Source of the DNA: a candidate division Zixibacteria bacterium SM1_73
GTDB lineage: Bacteria > Zixibacteria > MSB-5A5 > SM1-73
Length of the DNA: 61,918 nucleotides
Assembly (NCBI GenBank): GCA_001304225.1
Contig: LJVD01000004.1
Coordinates: 1 to 61,918 of the forward strand
Reading direction: 5' to 3'
Shown: positions 29,409 to 39,266 of the stretch, one piece after another
Layout: each line of letters starts with the position of its first letter
Numbering within the stretch: position 1 is the stretch's first letter
The notes under the pieces: model-generated
Told to the model about the DNA's origin: nothing
Database searches by the model: none
The model's input: the letters and a program-made list of their open reading frames with translations, nothing else
Position numbers and translations under genes: made by a program

Positions 29409-30329
29409 CTACGAACAATCATTTGACTTACTTTTCCAGCGGTCGTGCATCCACAACCATTGTGATGGATATTCTCTGATGATAGATTCCAAAACTTTCG
29501 TGTATTTTTGAGTAGTTTCAATTATGTCTCTTTCTTTATTCTGGGAAGAGGCGAGCTTTATTGGCTCTCTCACTATGATCTTATATTTATTATCTTTCTC
29601 TCTGACGATTGCCATAGGAACGATAGGTGATTGGGTCTTATAGGCCAAAAGAACCGGCCCTACGGGGGTACGCGCGGGTCTTTCAAAAAAACGCACAAAG
29701 ACTCCTCTCACCCTGCTTGAATCCTGATCAGCCAACACTCCCAAAGCCCTGCCCGACCTCAGAGCCCTGATAACTTGTTTGACAGAAGCAGATGATGGAA
29801 TATTCTCCAACCCTGTGCTTTCCCGGCTTTCTACCAAAAGATCGTCTAACCTTGGGTCATAAAGTTCCCGACCGATTACCGAGACTTTGTAGCCTTTCAG
29901 AGAAAAATACGCAGCTAAAAGCTCGAAGTTTCCGATATGCCCGGTCAAGGCCATGACTCCTTTACCCATTTTGTAGGCTTTATCAAAATACTCCAATCCT
30001 TCGATCTGGGTAATCTTTTCTATTTCCTCCCATTTCATATTTTTCAAGCGGACGGCATCTGCCACGTTTTTGCCCACATTCTCGAAAACGCTTAAAGCTA
30101 ATTTTTTAAGCTCCCTTTCATCTTTTTCTTCACCGAAAGCTATTTTGAGATTACCCTGAGTTCTTTTTCTTGCATCTGTTATTATGAAGTATGCTAACTT
30201 TCCTAAAAAACGTCCCAGAGAAATCGAGGATTTGCGTGGCAGGGAATTTAAGACGAAAATAATGGAGGTGATAAATCTGTAGAGAAACCAGTTTTTGAGC
30301 CTTTTCTTTGCAGGTTTGAGCAAAAACAA
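29409..30329 (-). CDS. lipid A biosynthesis (LpxL/HtrB-type) acyltransferase
   Basis: Length and architecture fit the lysophospholipid acyltransferase family (N-terminal TM helix, HIGNFE motif). It is the last gene of the kds operon. Confidence 0.7.
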   Translation of the reverse strand: MFLLKPAKKRLKNWFLYRFITSIIFVLNSLPRKSSISLGRFLGKLAYFIITDARKRTQGNLKIAFGEEKDERELKKLALSVFENVGKNVADAVRLKNMKWEEIEKITQIEGLEYFDKAYKMGKGVMALTGHIGNFELLAAYFSLKGYKVSVIGRELYDPRLDDLLVESRESTGLENIPSSASVKQVIRALRSGRALGVLADQDSSRVRGVFVRFFERPARTPVGPVLLAYKTQSPIVPMAIVREKDNKYKIIVREPIKLASSQNKERDIIETTQKYTKVLESIIREYPSQWLWMHDRWKSKSNDCS

Positions 30330-30343
30330 AGTTTTTGCACTCC

Positions 30344-31306
30344 TTAAACCACTCCCGCCTTCAAAATATCATGTAGATGAACTATACCGATTGGCTCTTT
30401 TTTCCCATTGGTGATGATGAGTGAGGTGATGCTGTAGGATTCCATCATGTTCAAAGCCTTTGCTGCCAGTTCCTCTCCGTGGATGGTCTTGGGATTTTTG
30501 GTCATCGCCTGTTTGGCTTTTAAGCTGAATATCTCATCTGTTTTCTCCACCAGTCTTCTTAAATCTCCGTCGGTGAAGATTCCCACCAGCTCGCCTTTTT
30601 CGTTAACCACAGTTGTGGTTCCTAATCTTTTGGAGGTCATCTCCAGGATGACGTCTTTCATATTAGTCTCTTCTGAGACGATAGGAATCTGGTCTCCGGT
30701 ATGCATGATATCCCCCACTCTCAAAAGAAGCTTTCTTCCCAATTGTCCACCCGGATGAAGCAGAGCAAAATCCTCCGATGAGAAGTGCCTTTCTTCCAGA
30801 AGTGCTATTGCCAGAGCATCCCCCATCACCAATGTGGCGGTGGTGCTGGACGTGGGGACCATATTATGGGGGCAGGCTTCCTCACCCACAGAGACGTCAA
30901 TCACCACATCGCTTTTTTCGGCTACCGGTGAGTGGGGATTACCAGTCAAGGTGATAACGGGCACGGCTAATCTTTTGAAAAGGGGGATCAGCTGATATAA
31001 CTCATCGGTGTCCCCGCTTTTAGTGATGGCAATCACCACATCCTTTTTTTTCCTTACCATCCCCAGATCACCATGTGTTGCTTCAGCTGGATGAAGGAAA
31101 AATGCGGCCGTTCCGGTGGAGGTTAAAGTGGCGGCGATCTTTTTGCCGATTATCCCGGATTTACCCATCCCGGTCACGATCACCCGACCTTTGCATTTTA
31201 AGATCAGTTCCACTGCCTTTACAAACTGATCATCTATTTTCTTCTCCAGGTCTAAGACAGCCCTGGCTTCCTTTCGGATCACCTCTTTGGCTTTTTCTCT
31301 TATCAT
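30344..31306 (-). CDS. kdsD: arabinose-5-phosphate isomerase (KpsF/GutQ family)
   Basis: SIS domain (GMGKSG) followed by two CBS domains. Confidence 0.9.
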   Translation of the reverse strand: MIREKAKEVIRKEARAVLDLEKKIDDQFVKAVELILKCKGRVIVTGMGKSGIIGKKIAATLTSTGTAAFFLHPAEATHGDLGMVRKKKDVVIAITKSGDTDELYQLIPLFKRLAVPVITLTGNPHSPVAEKSDVVIDVSVGEEACPHNMVPTSSTTATLVMGDALAIALLEERHFSSEDFALLHPGGQLGRKLLLRVGDIMHTGDQIPIVSEETNMKDVILEMTSKRLGTTTVVNEKGELVGIFTDGDLRRLVEKTDEIFSLKAKQAMTKNPKTIHGEELAAKALNMMESYSITSLIITNGKKEPIGIVHLHDILKAGVV

Positions 31307-31327
31307 GACACCAACTCCATGGTTCGT

Positions 31328-31867
31328 TTAACTCACCATTTTTGGATTGACTTTTTTGCTTTCCAATATCATATCGATCACTTCCCTTACTGCACCTTCG
31401 CCTCCTTTTGCCTTAGTAATAAATTTAGCGTATCTTTTCGCAATCGGATTTGCATCCTTCACGCAGATAGGAAGTGCAACCTTCTCCAAAATGGGAACAT
31501 CTAAAATATCATCACCCATATAGGCAATCTGTTTGTCAGTCAATTTTAAACTTTTTTTAATCTGGTGATACGCCTTGATCTTATCTGCAACTCCCAAGTA
31601 TACATATTTTATTTTAAGTTCACAAGCTCTAAATTTTGTGGCCTTTGATCTTCTTCCTGAAATCAAGGCAATTTCCAAGCCCGCACGAGATGCTAAGGCA
31701 ATTCCCAAACCGTCTGACACGTTGAATCTTTTGGTTTCTTCACCATTATCGTTTATGTATAGAGAATTGTCTGTGAGCACGCCGTCAACATCTAATACAA
31801 GTAATTTGACCTTAGCCGCAATTTTGTTTACCTGATTTGTGCCTTTCTGCATTTTAAGTTGACGCAA
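31328..31867 (-). CDS. kdsC: KDO-8-phosphate phosphatase
   Basis: HAD motif LLVLDVDGVLTD and GDDILD. Confidence 0.85.
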   Translation of the reverse strand: MRQLKMQKGTNQVNKIAAKVKLLVLDVDGVLTDNSLYINDNGEETKRFNVSDGLGIALASRAGLEIALISGRRSKATKFRACELKIKYVYLGVADKIKAYHQIKKSLKLTDKQIAYMGDDILDVPILEKVALPICVKDANPIAKRYAKFITKAKGGEGAVREVIDMILESKKVNPKMVS

Positions 31868-31964
31868 AAGAGAGAACCGAGTTTAGCTACCTCTCACTCT
31901 AACCCCCAGAGGCGGGGGACTTCATGAATTTCCCCTCCCTTAGTTGAAGGGTGATTATGCAAAT

Positions 31965-32843
31965 TTATTCGATTCGTTTGGTATAGTTTGAATTACGCGA
32001 GGTGAGTCTCTCTACTTCGATTTCTTCTTTTACCAGTTTATCAATCTCTATCACCTGAACCAACAACTCCTCTAATTTCTCCAGAGGCAACATGCTATGC
32101 TTATCGCACAAAGCATTTTCAACATCGGGATGCGTCTCAATGAATAATGCATCGCAGCCACAAGCCACAGCTGCGCGCGCCAAAGGCAAAATGAATTGCG
32201 GCTGTCCGCCAGAAAGCCCACCGCTCGATCCCGGCAATTGTAAGCTGTGAGTGGCATCGAAGATCACGGGGTAACCTAAATTTCTCATGATAATCAAAGA
32301 TCTCATATCCACCACCAGATTATGATAACCAAAGAAGGTGCCCCGCTCGGTGAGAAGAATATTCTTATTTCCCACAGACTCTATTTTTTTTGCGATCGTC
32401 CCCATATCTTCGGGCGCCATGAATTGCCCTTTTTTAATATTAACTGCTTTGCCTGTTTTCGCTGCGGCTAAAACTAAATCTGTCTGCCGGCATAGAAAGG
32501 CTGGAATCTGAAGAACATCTGCCACCTCTGAGACCGGCTCGGCTTCTTCTGGATTATGAATGTCAGTTAATATGCAAACCTCAAATACTCTTTTGACCTT
32601 GCCCAGAATTCTCAAACCTCGGTTCATTCCCGGTCCGGAATAAGACTTGATGTTCAGTCGATTCGCCTTTGAATATGAACTTTTGAAGATAAAAGGAATC
32701 TTAAGTTTAGCACTAATCTCTTTTATCTTTTCGCAAGTTTCAAGCGTGATCTTTTCCGATTCGATCACGCAAGGACCGGCAATTAAAGCCAGACAACTGC
32801 CTTTTCCAATTTCAATGCTGTCAATTTTTACTGATTTAGCCAT
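31965..32843 (-). CDS. kdsA: 2-dehydro-3-deoxyphosphooctonate aldolase
   Basis: IAGPCVIES, KSSYSKANR and ETHPD motifs. Confidence 0.9.
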   Translation of the reverse strand: MAKSVKIDSIEIGKGSCLALIAGPCVIESEKITLETCEKIKEISAKLKIPFIFKSSYSKANRLNIKSYSGPGMNRGLRILGKVKRVFEVCILTDIHNPEEAEPVSEVADVLQIPAFLCRQTDLVLAAAKTGKAVNIKKGQFMAPEDMGTIAKKIESVGNKNILLTERGTFFGYHNLVVDMRSLIIMRNLGYPVIFDATHSLQLPGSSGGLSGGQPQFILPLARAAVACGCDALFIETHPDVENALCDKHSMLPLEKLEELLVQVIEIDKLVKEEIEVERLTSRNSNYTKRIE

Positions 32844-32920
32844 TGTATTCGCAGATTAAGTCTTTCTAAGCACTCTTAGCCTTTTAGTCTCTCGTTACAA
32901 AATAGCATAATTCCATTTTT

Positions 32921-33025
32921 TAATCCCCCTTTTATTCCCCCTTTTATAAAAGGGGGATTCAGAGGCAGCCTTTTGATTCCCCCTTTGAAAAAGGGGGATT
33001 CAGGGGGATTATAATCCCGGTTGGG
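32921..33025. repeat. CCCCCTTT-loop-AAAGGGGG hairpin cluster
   Basis: cccccttttataaaaggggg and tccccctttgaaaaaggggga. A related cluster lies at 9796-9895. Confidence 0.7.
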
Positions 33026-33107
33026 ATGGGAGTTGCATTCCAGTCTTCTTATTGCCAATACGTCAAAAACATCCGTTCAATCCATTACATCCGTTGACAG
33101 ATCCATT

Positions 33108-35042
33108 TCATCTGTTGGGAATCTTCCCCGAATATTCCAATTGCTGTTTCATAAAATCCTGTGTATATAAAATCTCCACATCGGTTATGTTCCCCTCTTT
33201 ATCTTTGACCAAACTTAAGCGGGGCATGACCAAGGCGTAATGATCGGGCAAATCAATTGCCTCAGCCCTTTTTATTACCTGATCTCTCCAGTTGGGATTG
33301 ATCTTTATTCCGTATTTTTCCACCAATTTCTTTGCCTCTTGGTAATCACCTTCTGCCTTTATTCTCATGATCAAAGACAAAAGCTCACCGGCGCCTTGTT
33401 TCATCTTATTTATGTCTTTAACGGCCAGGTATACTTTTCCGTCTTTTTCGGTCGCCTCAATGGCTTTGCTCTTGTCTCTGAGATAGGACACGACCATATG
33501 TCGGGCACGAGCATGGTCTTTCTCCAGCCGATGACCTTCTTTAACGGTTCTCAATCTCACTAAGTCCATGCGCGCATAATCGCGATATAATGCCTCGCCG
33601 GTCTTTCTGTCAATTTTCGCAATCTGCATCAATTTCTCATCGAAGATGTGCCACAGAGCCATAAGGTCAGCCTTCGCCTCCTCCAGAGTGGAATAATATT
33701 CTCTTAAGTATTCTTTAGGATCGGATTTGAGTCTTTCGCTTACCCTTCCCGATCCATGTCCCAAAATCTCGTGGATGGCGGTGTGTAAAAGTCCTGCCCT
33801 CTCCCCATAAAGCTCGTCTAATTTGCTCTCCTCTTCGGTGAGGGCAAATTCTTTGGTGGTTTTCCCGGCTTCTACTTTTCGTCTGATATTAGTTACATTG
33901 GCCAAGATAAGATTCTTGCTTCCATAATTTTCTCTTATTGCTTGAGCATTGGGAAGATTAACTCCCAGCCAGCTTATTGGTCCTGCGCCACCTATTCCCA
34001 ATAGCAAATTCACTGCATTTGCTACCGGTGGACTTATCTTCTTCTTTTTGTATTTTTCATCCCAGGGAGCTTTGTCTTCGAAATATTCAGCAGAGGCAGC
34101 CATATCTTGCATCATTTGATTAGTCTCTTTATCCACAAAACTGACCACTCCCTCAAATTCACCCTTTGCCCCGCGAGCGTCGTTATAGGTTTCAATGAAA
34201 CCGTTGATGATTTCCACTATGGGATCGTCCCGCACCCAGCTGATATTGTATTTGTCAAAATCCTCAGGATCACCGGTTTTGAAGTAACGGATAAGATTTT
34301 TCAAAGCTTCTCTTTGTCCCTCCTCAGCATAAGGCAGAGCTTTTTCCAAATTATCTATTACCCTATCCAGTTGTTCTGCATAGAGACCGGGATGAATTAA
34401 ATCCGTTCCGGCACGGTAAACTTGTTCTATTATTTTTCCACCTTTTTTCACCACTTTGGAATTAAGAGGATATTTTTCCTCAAAATTCTCTAAATCCTTT
34501 AAGCTCACTCCTTCATAATAGTTATTTCCACTGCCGGTTATAACATCCTCTCCTTCTTTGGGAGATTTGTTTGCCAAAAGTGGCTCAAAATCAGAATCGA
34601 AGATGGTTCTTTTAAGCTTATTTAGCTCATCTCTAAGCGCCTCTTCCTCTTTGACTCCTAAATCGGCTCCGTTGGATAAGGCTATTTTGGAAGACAGAAG
34701 AAGGTCTTCAAAGCTACACTCAGGGACAAATTTTCTGCTGTTGGTGCCATAGTTTCCATTGAAAGCCCAGAAAAGCTTAAGATAGGAAGTGATCTTTTCT
34801 AAAATTTTTTCATCTATTCCTTGAGGATGGGTGACGATCTCCTCCATAAGATTTCTTATCTGGAGCCCATGTCGGTGAATTTGATCATAGGTTATGTCAC
34901 GACCAGCCAAAGCAGCTTGGTAAAGATAATAGGCCAATATCTTCTGATTCAGGCTCAAATGCTCGAAGCCGTCAGCATAAAGCTGCACTATGGCAACCTT
35001 GCCCACTCTTTCCAAAAGATATTTTCGTTCATCAGTTTTCAT
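33108..35042 (-). CDS. M49 (dipeptidyl-peptidase III-like) zinc peptidase
   Basis: HEILGHGSG plus a downstream LEEAKADL (HExxGH / EExxAxx). The likely start is MKTDERKY at 35042. Confidence 0.7.
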   Translation of the reverse strand: MKTDERKYLLERVGKVAIVQLYADGFEHLSLNQKILAYYLYQAALAGRDITYDQIHRHGLQIRNLMEEIVTHPQGIDEKILEKITSYLKLFWAFNGNYGTNSRKFVPECSFEDLLLSSKIALSNGADLGVKEEEALRDELNKLKRTIFDSDFEPLLANKSPKEGEDVITGSGNNYYEGVSLKDLENFEEKYPLNSKVVKKGGKIIEQVYRAGTDLIHPGLYAEQLDRVIDNLEKALPYAEEGQREALKNLIRYFKTGDPEDFDKYNISWVRDDPIVEIINGFIETYNDARGAKGEFEGVVSFVDKETNQMMQDMAASAEYFEDKAPWDEKYKKKKISPPVANAVNLLLGIGGAGPISWLGVNLPNAQAIRENYGSKNLILANVTNIRRKVEAGKTTKEFALTEEESKLDELYGERAGLLHTAIHEILGHGSGRVSERLKSDPKEYLREYYSTLEEAKADLMALWHIFDEKLMQIAKIDRKTGEALYRDYARMDLVRLRTVKEGHRLEKDHARARHMVVSYLRDKSKAIEATEKDGKVYLAVKDINKMKQGAGELLSLIMRIKAEGDYQEAKKLVEKYGIKINPNWRDQVIKRAEAIDLPDHYALVMPRLSLVKDKEGNITDVEILYTQDFMKQQLEYSGKIPNR

Positions 35043-35240
35043 CTTTTCTCCACAGTTGAAAGATAAATATAATATAAAAAAGCACAAAGACAAAGTAATA
35101 ATTTCTTTCTCAATTTTGCATCCGTGTATGGGCGGAATTTAATTGTGCACTGAATTCCCGCCACATCTGGCATAGATTTGGGAAAAGCAGAGTTTGTAGA
35201 AGATATTAAGTTGCGGAAACCTTTAGGTTCTTCAGGTAGC

Positions 35241-36449
35241 TCACCAAAATATCAAAGAAATTGCCCATGCAATCGAATCTTCTCCAAATCTATCTTTAAT
35301 CTTGTCCATGGCCAAATAGACATCTCTCTTTTGGTCATAAAATTCTGGGAAAGGTAAAGGGATTTGGGAAGAAAATCTGTCTCTGACGAGATTGGAGACA
35401 GATACCCCCAAAAGCCTCACCTTTCTTATCCCCAAGTCAAGACACGCACTCTGTGCCTTGAGGCCGGAGGCAAGCCCTTTAGCCAGCCTGTAGATTTTAT
35501 GTTCGGAATCCGTGGGCTTGGGAATGGTCTCCGATCTGGTGAGGGTCACAAAATCGGAATATCTCAGCTTTAGGGTGATGGTCCTGCCTTGAAGTCCTTT
35601 TCTGCGGAGCCTCCTTGCCACCATGCTTGACAGGGAGAGCAATACGGAGGAGATCTCATCTGGGTCGTTTGTGTCCTTAGGCAAAGTATGTTCATGTCCC
35701 ATGCTCTTCTCTAAAGGACTCTTGACAAGGACGGGGGAGTCGTCTACTCCATTAGCGATAAGATGAAGATATTCCCCAACCTTCCCGAACTGGTCTTTCA
35801 GAACCTCCACCGGAAAGGAAGCCAGATCTCCCACGGTTCTTATGCCAAACTTTGAGAGAACATTACAGGTCTTCTCCCCAATTCCCCAGAGCTTTCCCAC
35901 CTTTAGAGGGTAAAGTGTGTTTTTTATTTGATCCTTTGAAATGATGGTTAAACCATTCGGTTTATTCAAAGAGGAGGCTAACTTGGCCAGAAGCTTATTG
36001 GACGCAATCCCCACCGAACAGGAAAGTTCCAATTCATTCCTGATTTCATTTTTCAATTTCTGCGCTAATTGGTGAGGTGTGCCAAAGAGCCTCTGGCAAC
36101 CGGTTATGTCCAAAAAAGCTTCATCTATGGAGAAGGGTTCCACCGCTGGGGTGAAGTGGTAAAAAATTTTCACCAATTGTGAGGAGACGTAACTGTATTT
36201 TTCTATATCTCTCAAAATGACAAAGGTAGCGTGAGGACACAATTTTCTTGCAAGAGGCAAAGGCATCCCTGCCTCTACTCCATATTTTCTGGCAGGATAG
36301 GAGGCGGCAGAAACCACTCCATGCCTTTTTCGTGGATCTCCCCCCACGATCACCGGCTTTCCTTTAAGCCAGGGACGCTCCTTTTGCTCTACCGAGGCAA
36401 AGAAGGCATCCATATCTACGTGTAAGATTATTCGATCTTTCATGTTCAT
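35241..36449 (-). CDS. dinB: DNA polymerase IV
   Basis: ILHVDMDAFFASVEQ and SIDEAFLD motifs. The 20 aa upstream of 36449 in the ORF track are read from the GGTT/AACC hairpin. Confidence 0.9.
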   Translation of the reverse strand: MNMKDRIILHVDMDAFFASVEQKERPWLKGKPVIVGGDPRKRHGVVSAASYPARKYGVEAGMPLPLARKLCPHATFVILRDIEKYSYVSSQLVKIFYHFTPAVEPFSIDEAFLDITGCQRLFGTPHQLAQKLKNEIRNELELSCSVGIASNKLLAKLASSLNKPNGLTIISKDQIKNTLYPLKVGKLWGIGEKTCNVLSKFGIRTVGDLASFPVEVLKDQFGKVGEYLHLIANGVDDSPVLVKSPLEKSMGHEHTLPKDTNDPDEISSVLLSLSSMVARRLRRKGLQGRTITLKLRYSDFVTLTRSETIPKPTDSEHKIYRLAKGLASGLKAQSACLDLGIRKVRLLGVSVSNLVRDRFSSQIPLPFPEFYDQKRDVYLAMDKIKDRFGEDSIAWAISLIFW

Positions 36450-36454
36450 AGTTA

Positions 36455-36547
36455 GCAAGTTTGCAGGTTTGAAGGTTTCAAAATAACCTTCTAACCTGTT
36501 AATCTTCAAACCTCTTAACCTTTTAGCCTGCTAACTTTCTAACCTGT
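36455..36547. repeat. GGTT/AACC low-complexity long hairpin
   Basis: gtttgcaggtttgaaggtttc ... aaccttctaacctgttaatcttcaaacc, between lexA and dinB. Confidence 0.7.
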
Positions 36548-37159
36548 TCACATCTTTCTTAAAAGCCCGATCACTTTTCCGGCGATGCGAAACTCGGGAC
36601 TTTTCTTGTCCACAACGATCGGCTCAAAGACCGGATTGGCTGGCTCCAATCTTATTCTGTTCTTCTCCGGAAGGTATCTTTTTACGGTTGCCTCCTCCCC
36701 GATGACTGCCACCACAACATCTCCCCTTTCTGCGGTTGGCTGCATTTTTGCCAGAACATAGTCTCCATCAAAGATGCCCGAATCTTTCATGCTGTCACCG
36801 ACGACTTTTAAAGAGAAGATATCCCCTCCGGAAAGGAATGACCTGTCCACCGCAATGCTCCCTTCGATATTCTCCACCGCCAGGATGGGCAATCCAGCGG
36901 CTATTCTGCCCAATAAAGGAATAGCCATAAAAGAAGCCCCGCTTTGGGTCAAAAGCTCAATTCCTCGTGAGACCAAGGGCTTGCGCCTTATGTAACCTTT
37001 TTGGGTCAAAGCAGACAAGATAGCTCTCACCCCATTGGTGGAGCTGATCTTGAACATGTGCCCGATCTCCCTGATGGTGGGGGGATATCCCTTTTTCTGG
37101 ATCATCTCGGTGATGAAATCCAGAACGTCCCTTTGTCTTTTGGTTAATTCTTTTGACAC
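36548..37159 (-). CDS. lexA: LexA repressor
   Basis: N-terminal wHTH and an S24 peptidase core (VVGDSM ... TVKRY). GTG start after GGAGG. Confidence 0.9.
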   Translation of the reverse strand: MSKELTKRQRDVLDFITEMIQKKGYPPTIREIGHMFKISSTNGVRAILSALTQKGYIRRKPLVSRGIELLTQSGASFMAIPLLGRIAAGLPILAVENIEGSIAVDRSFLSGGDIFSLKVVGDSMKDSGIFDGDYVLAKMQPTAERGDVVVAVIGEEATVKRYLPEKNRIRLEPANPVFEPIVVDKKSPEFRIAGKVIGLLRKM

Positions 37160-37164
37160 GGTTC

Positions 37165-37298
37165 CTCCGGTTTAAAGGTTTGCAGGTTAGAAGGTTCAAA
37201 GGTTTGAAAGTTTACAAGTTTGAAGGTTTGCGGGTTTCAAGATTAACCTCTTAACCTTTTAACTTTCCAACCTTCTAACTCTTTAACCTGTTAACCTT
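37165..37298. repeat. GGTT/AACC low-complexity long hairpin
   Basis: The ~60-nt arm ggtttgcaggttagaaggttcaaaggtttgaaag... faces ...aaccttctaactctttaacctgttaaccttctaac. Confidence 0.7.
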
Positions 37299-37661
37299 CT
37301 AACTTTGTTTTAGATAGGATATAAACTTACTTATCATTCTAACACAAATCTCGGCTTGACCGAGCGAAGATCCATATTCTTTGGCGTTAAGGTACTTCTG
37401 ATCCCGTGCCAAATAGAGTTGAGATCTCACCTCCCCTGCTGATCTTTTTGCGTAATACAGAAATCTTACAAAATCATCTTTGCTTTGACTTTCATAGCCT
37501 TCGGCTATATTGGACATTATGGAGATAGCGGCTCTCCTAATCTGATCCCTTTACCCAAAATCTTTAATAAAGTTTTGATGTTTGGTTACCTCATAAACCA
37601 TATTGGTGAGTTTTCTGGCTTCCTGCCAAGCGTTGATTTCCTCAAATCTCTCGATCCTCAT
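37299..37661 (-). pseudogene. four-helix-bundle protein (23S rRNA IVS-protein family) with in-frame TAA
   Basis: From the ATG at 37661: MRIERFEEINAWQEARKLTNMVYEVTKHQNFIKDFG-TAA(37553-37551)-RDQIRRAAISIMSNIAEGYES..., all in one frame. Confidence 0.7.
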
Positions 37662-37718
37662 CCTAACCTCCTAACCTTTTGACCTTTTAACTTTCTAACT
37701 TTTTAACCTTCCAACCTA

Positions 37719-37747
37719 AATATACTGCCCATTTGTGCAGCTGTCAA
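37719..37747 (-). promoter_or_regulatory. sigma70-like promoter with LexA-box-like palindrome in the spacer (lexA operon)
   Basis: The minus strand reads TTGACA (37747-37742), 17 nt, then TATATT (37724-37719). The spacer is CTGCACAAATGGGCAG, giving CTG-N10-CAG and TGCNC-N4-GTGCA. Confidence 0.55.
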
Positions 37748-37902
37748 GGAAAAAATCGGCATATTTTGAAATTTTTTTAGCTAATTCAATAGCTGCGCAG
37801 GTGGGGTCCCAGCTTCGTAGAGATTATCCGTCGGGGACAAGCCATGCCGTCGGGACGAAATCTGGGTGAATCCTCCAGTATGGACCCCGACGCTACGGCT
37901 GT

Positions 37903-37933
37903 GGTTCAGGGTAAGGGTACCCTGAACCAACTA
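37903..37933 (+). repeat. REP-like hairpin, family H
   Basis: ggttcagggtaagggtaccctgaaccaacta. Confidence 0.65.
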
Positions 37934-38026
37934 AGGCTTCTTCATGGTCATGAAAAGGTTTTCGTGTTGACAAGCTTGATTCTTAGATTTATTATTCAAT
38001 TGAGATAGAACGTTTGCCGATTAAGA

Positions 38027-39214
38027 ATGATGAGGAAAGGCTTTAACATAGAGGATAAAATCTCTTCCCGATTGAAAAACTTGGAGGAATATGTTTTCTT
38101 CGATTTGGCGAAAGCCACAAAAAATGCTGTTCTTTCGGGAAAAGACGTTATAGACCTGGGAGGGGGCAATCCGGATCTGCCCCCTCACCCAAAAATCATT
38201 GAAGCTTTAAAAAAGGAGGCGGAAGTCTTAGAAAATCACAGGCACCCAGTTTATGAGGGTTTGCCTGAATTGAAGAAGGCCATAGCTTCGTGGTTTGAAA
38301 AAAGGTTCGGGACCGGTGTCGATCCAGATTCAGAAATTCTGATACTGATTGGCTCGAAAGAGGGTTTAAGTCATGTGAGTCTTGTATTCATAGACAAAGG
38401 GGATGGGGCTTTGGTTCCTGATCCCGCTTATCCGATTTACAGTCGAGGAGTAATCCTGGCCGGGGGAAATGTTTTGGATATGCCTCTTTTGAGGGAAAAC
38501 TTATGGCGTCCTGATTTTAATAAACTGCAGAAAAAGGACCTGTCGAAGGCCAAACTTTTGTTTTTGAACTATCCTAACAATCCCACCGGAGCTTTGGCAG
38601 ATAAAGAGTTCTTTAAGGAAGTTGTTGATTTTGCAAAAGAAAACGAGCTGGTGATATGCCAGGACATGGCTTATTCGGAGATAACCTTCGATGGAAATAA
38701 ATCGGTAAGTATGCTACAGATTCCGGAAGCGAAGGAGAGGACTTTGGAATTTCACTCTTTCTCCAAGACTTATGGTATGACCGGATGGCGGTTGGGTTTT
38801 GTGGTGGGAAATGGAGCACTTTTAAATGCATTGAAAAATGTGGAGGTGGTCGTCAACTCTGGCGTGTTTCACGTTCTTCAAAAAGCTGCCATGGTTGCTC
38901 TCTCTCTTCCTGATGAGGCGATTAAGAAGGTTTGCGAAACTTATCAGGAAAGAAGAGATGTTTTGGTCACCGGATTAAACGGATTAGGATGGGAAGTTGA
39001 GAATCCAAAAGGTGGAATATTCGTCTGGGCAAAAATACCGTATGAATATGATTCCAAAAAGATGGCAAAATTACTGATTGATAAGGCAGGGGTCGTAACT
39101 ACACCAGGTGTGGGCTTGGGTTCCCAGGGCGAAGGATATTTAAGATTTTCATTGATTGCAGATAAAGAGAGCATGAAAGAAACTGTGGAAAGGATCAAGG
39201 CATTGTCTTTTTGA
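38027..39214 (+). CDS. class I/II PLP-dependent aminotransferase
   Basis: NYPNNPTG and SFSKTYGMTGWRLGF (PLP lysine). Confidence 0.85.
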   Translation: MMRKGFNIEDKISSRLKNLEEYVFFDLAKATKNAVLSGKDVIDLGGGNPDLPPHPKIIEALKKEAEVLENHRHPVYEGLPELKKAIASWFEKRFGTGVDPDSEILILIGSKEGLSHVSLVFIDKGDGALVPDPAYPIYSRGVILAGGNVLDMPLLRENLWRPDFNKLQKKDLSKAKLLFLNYPNNPTGALADKEFFKEVVDFAKENELVICQDMAYSEITFDGNKSVSMLQIPEAKERTLEFHSFSKTYGMTGWRLGFVVGNGALLNALKNVEVVVNSGVFHVLQKAAMVALSLPDEAIKKVCETYQERRDVLVTGLNGLGWEVENPKGGIFVWAKIPYEYDSKKMAKLLIDKAGVVTTPGVGLGSQGEGYLRFSLIADKESMKETVERIKALSF

Positions 39215-39266
39215 AAAGCGGCAGACGGCGATCAACCGACTGCGGGCGTAAGTTAGGGGGCTTGAA

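Noticed and set aside
35043-35093. N-terminal extensions in the ORF track for the M49 peptidase, M14 peptidase (48205-48414), dinB (36450-36509) and the cohesin-like protein (49211-49318).
   Set aside because: In the M14 and cohesin-like genes, internal Met codons start canonical signal peptides. In dinB and the M49 gene they start conserved N-termini. The extensions run into repeat or spacer DNA.
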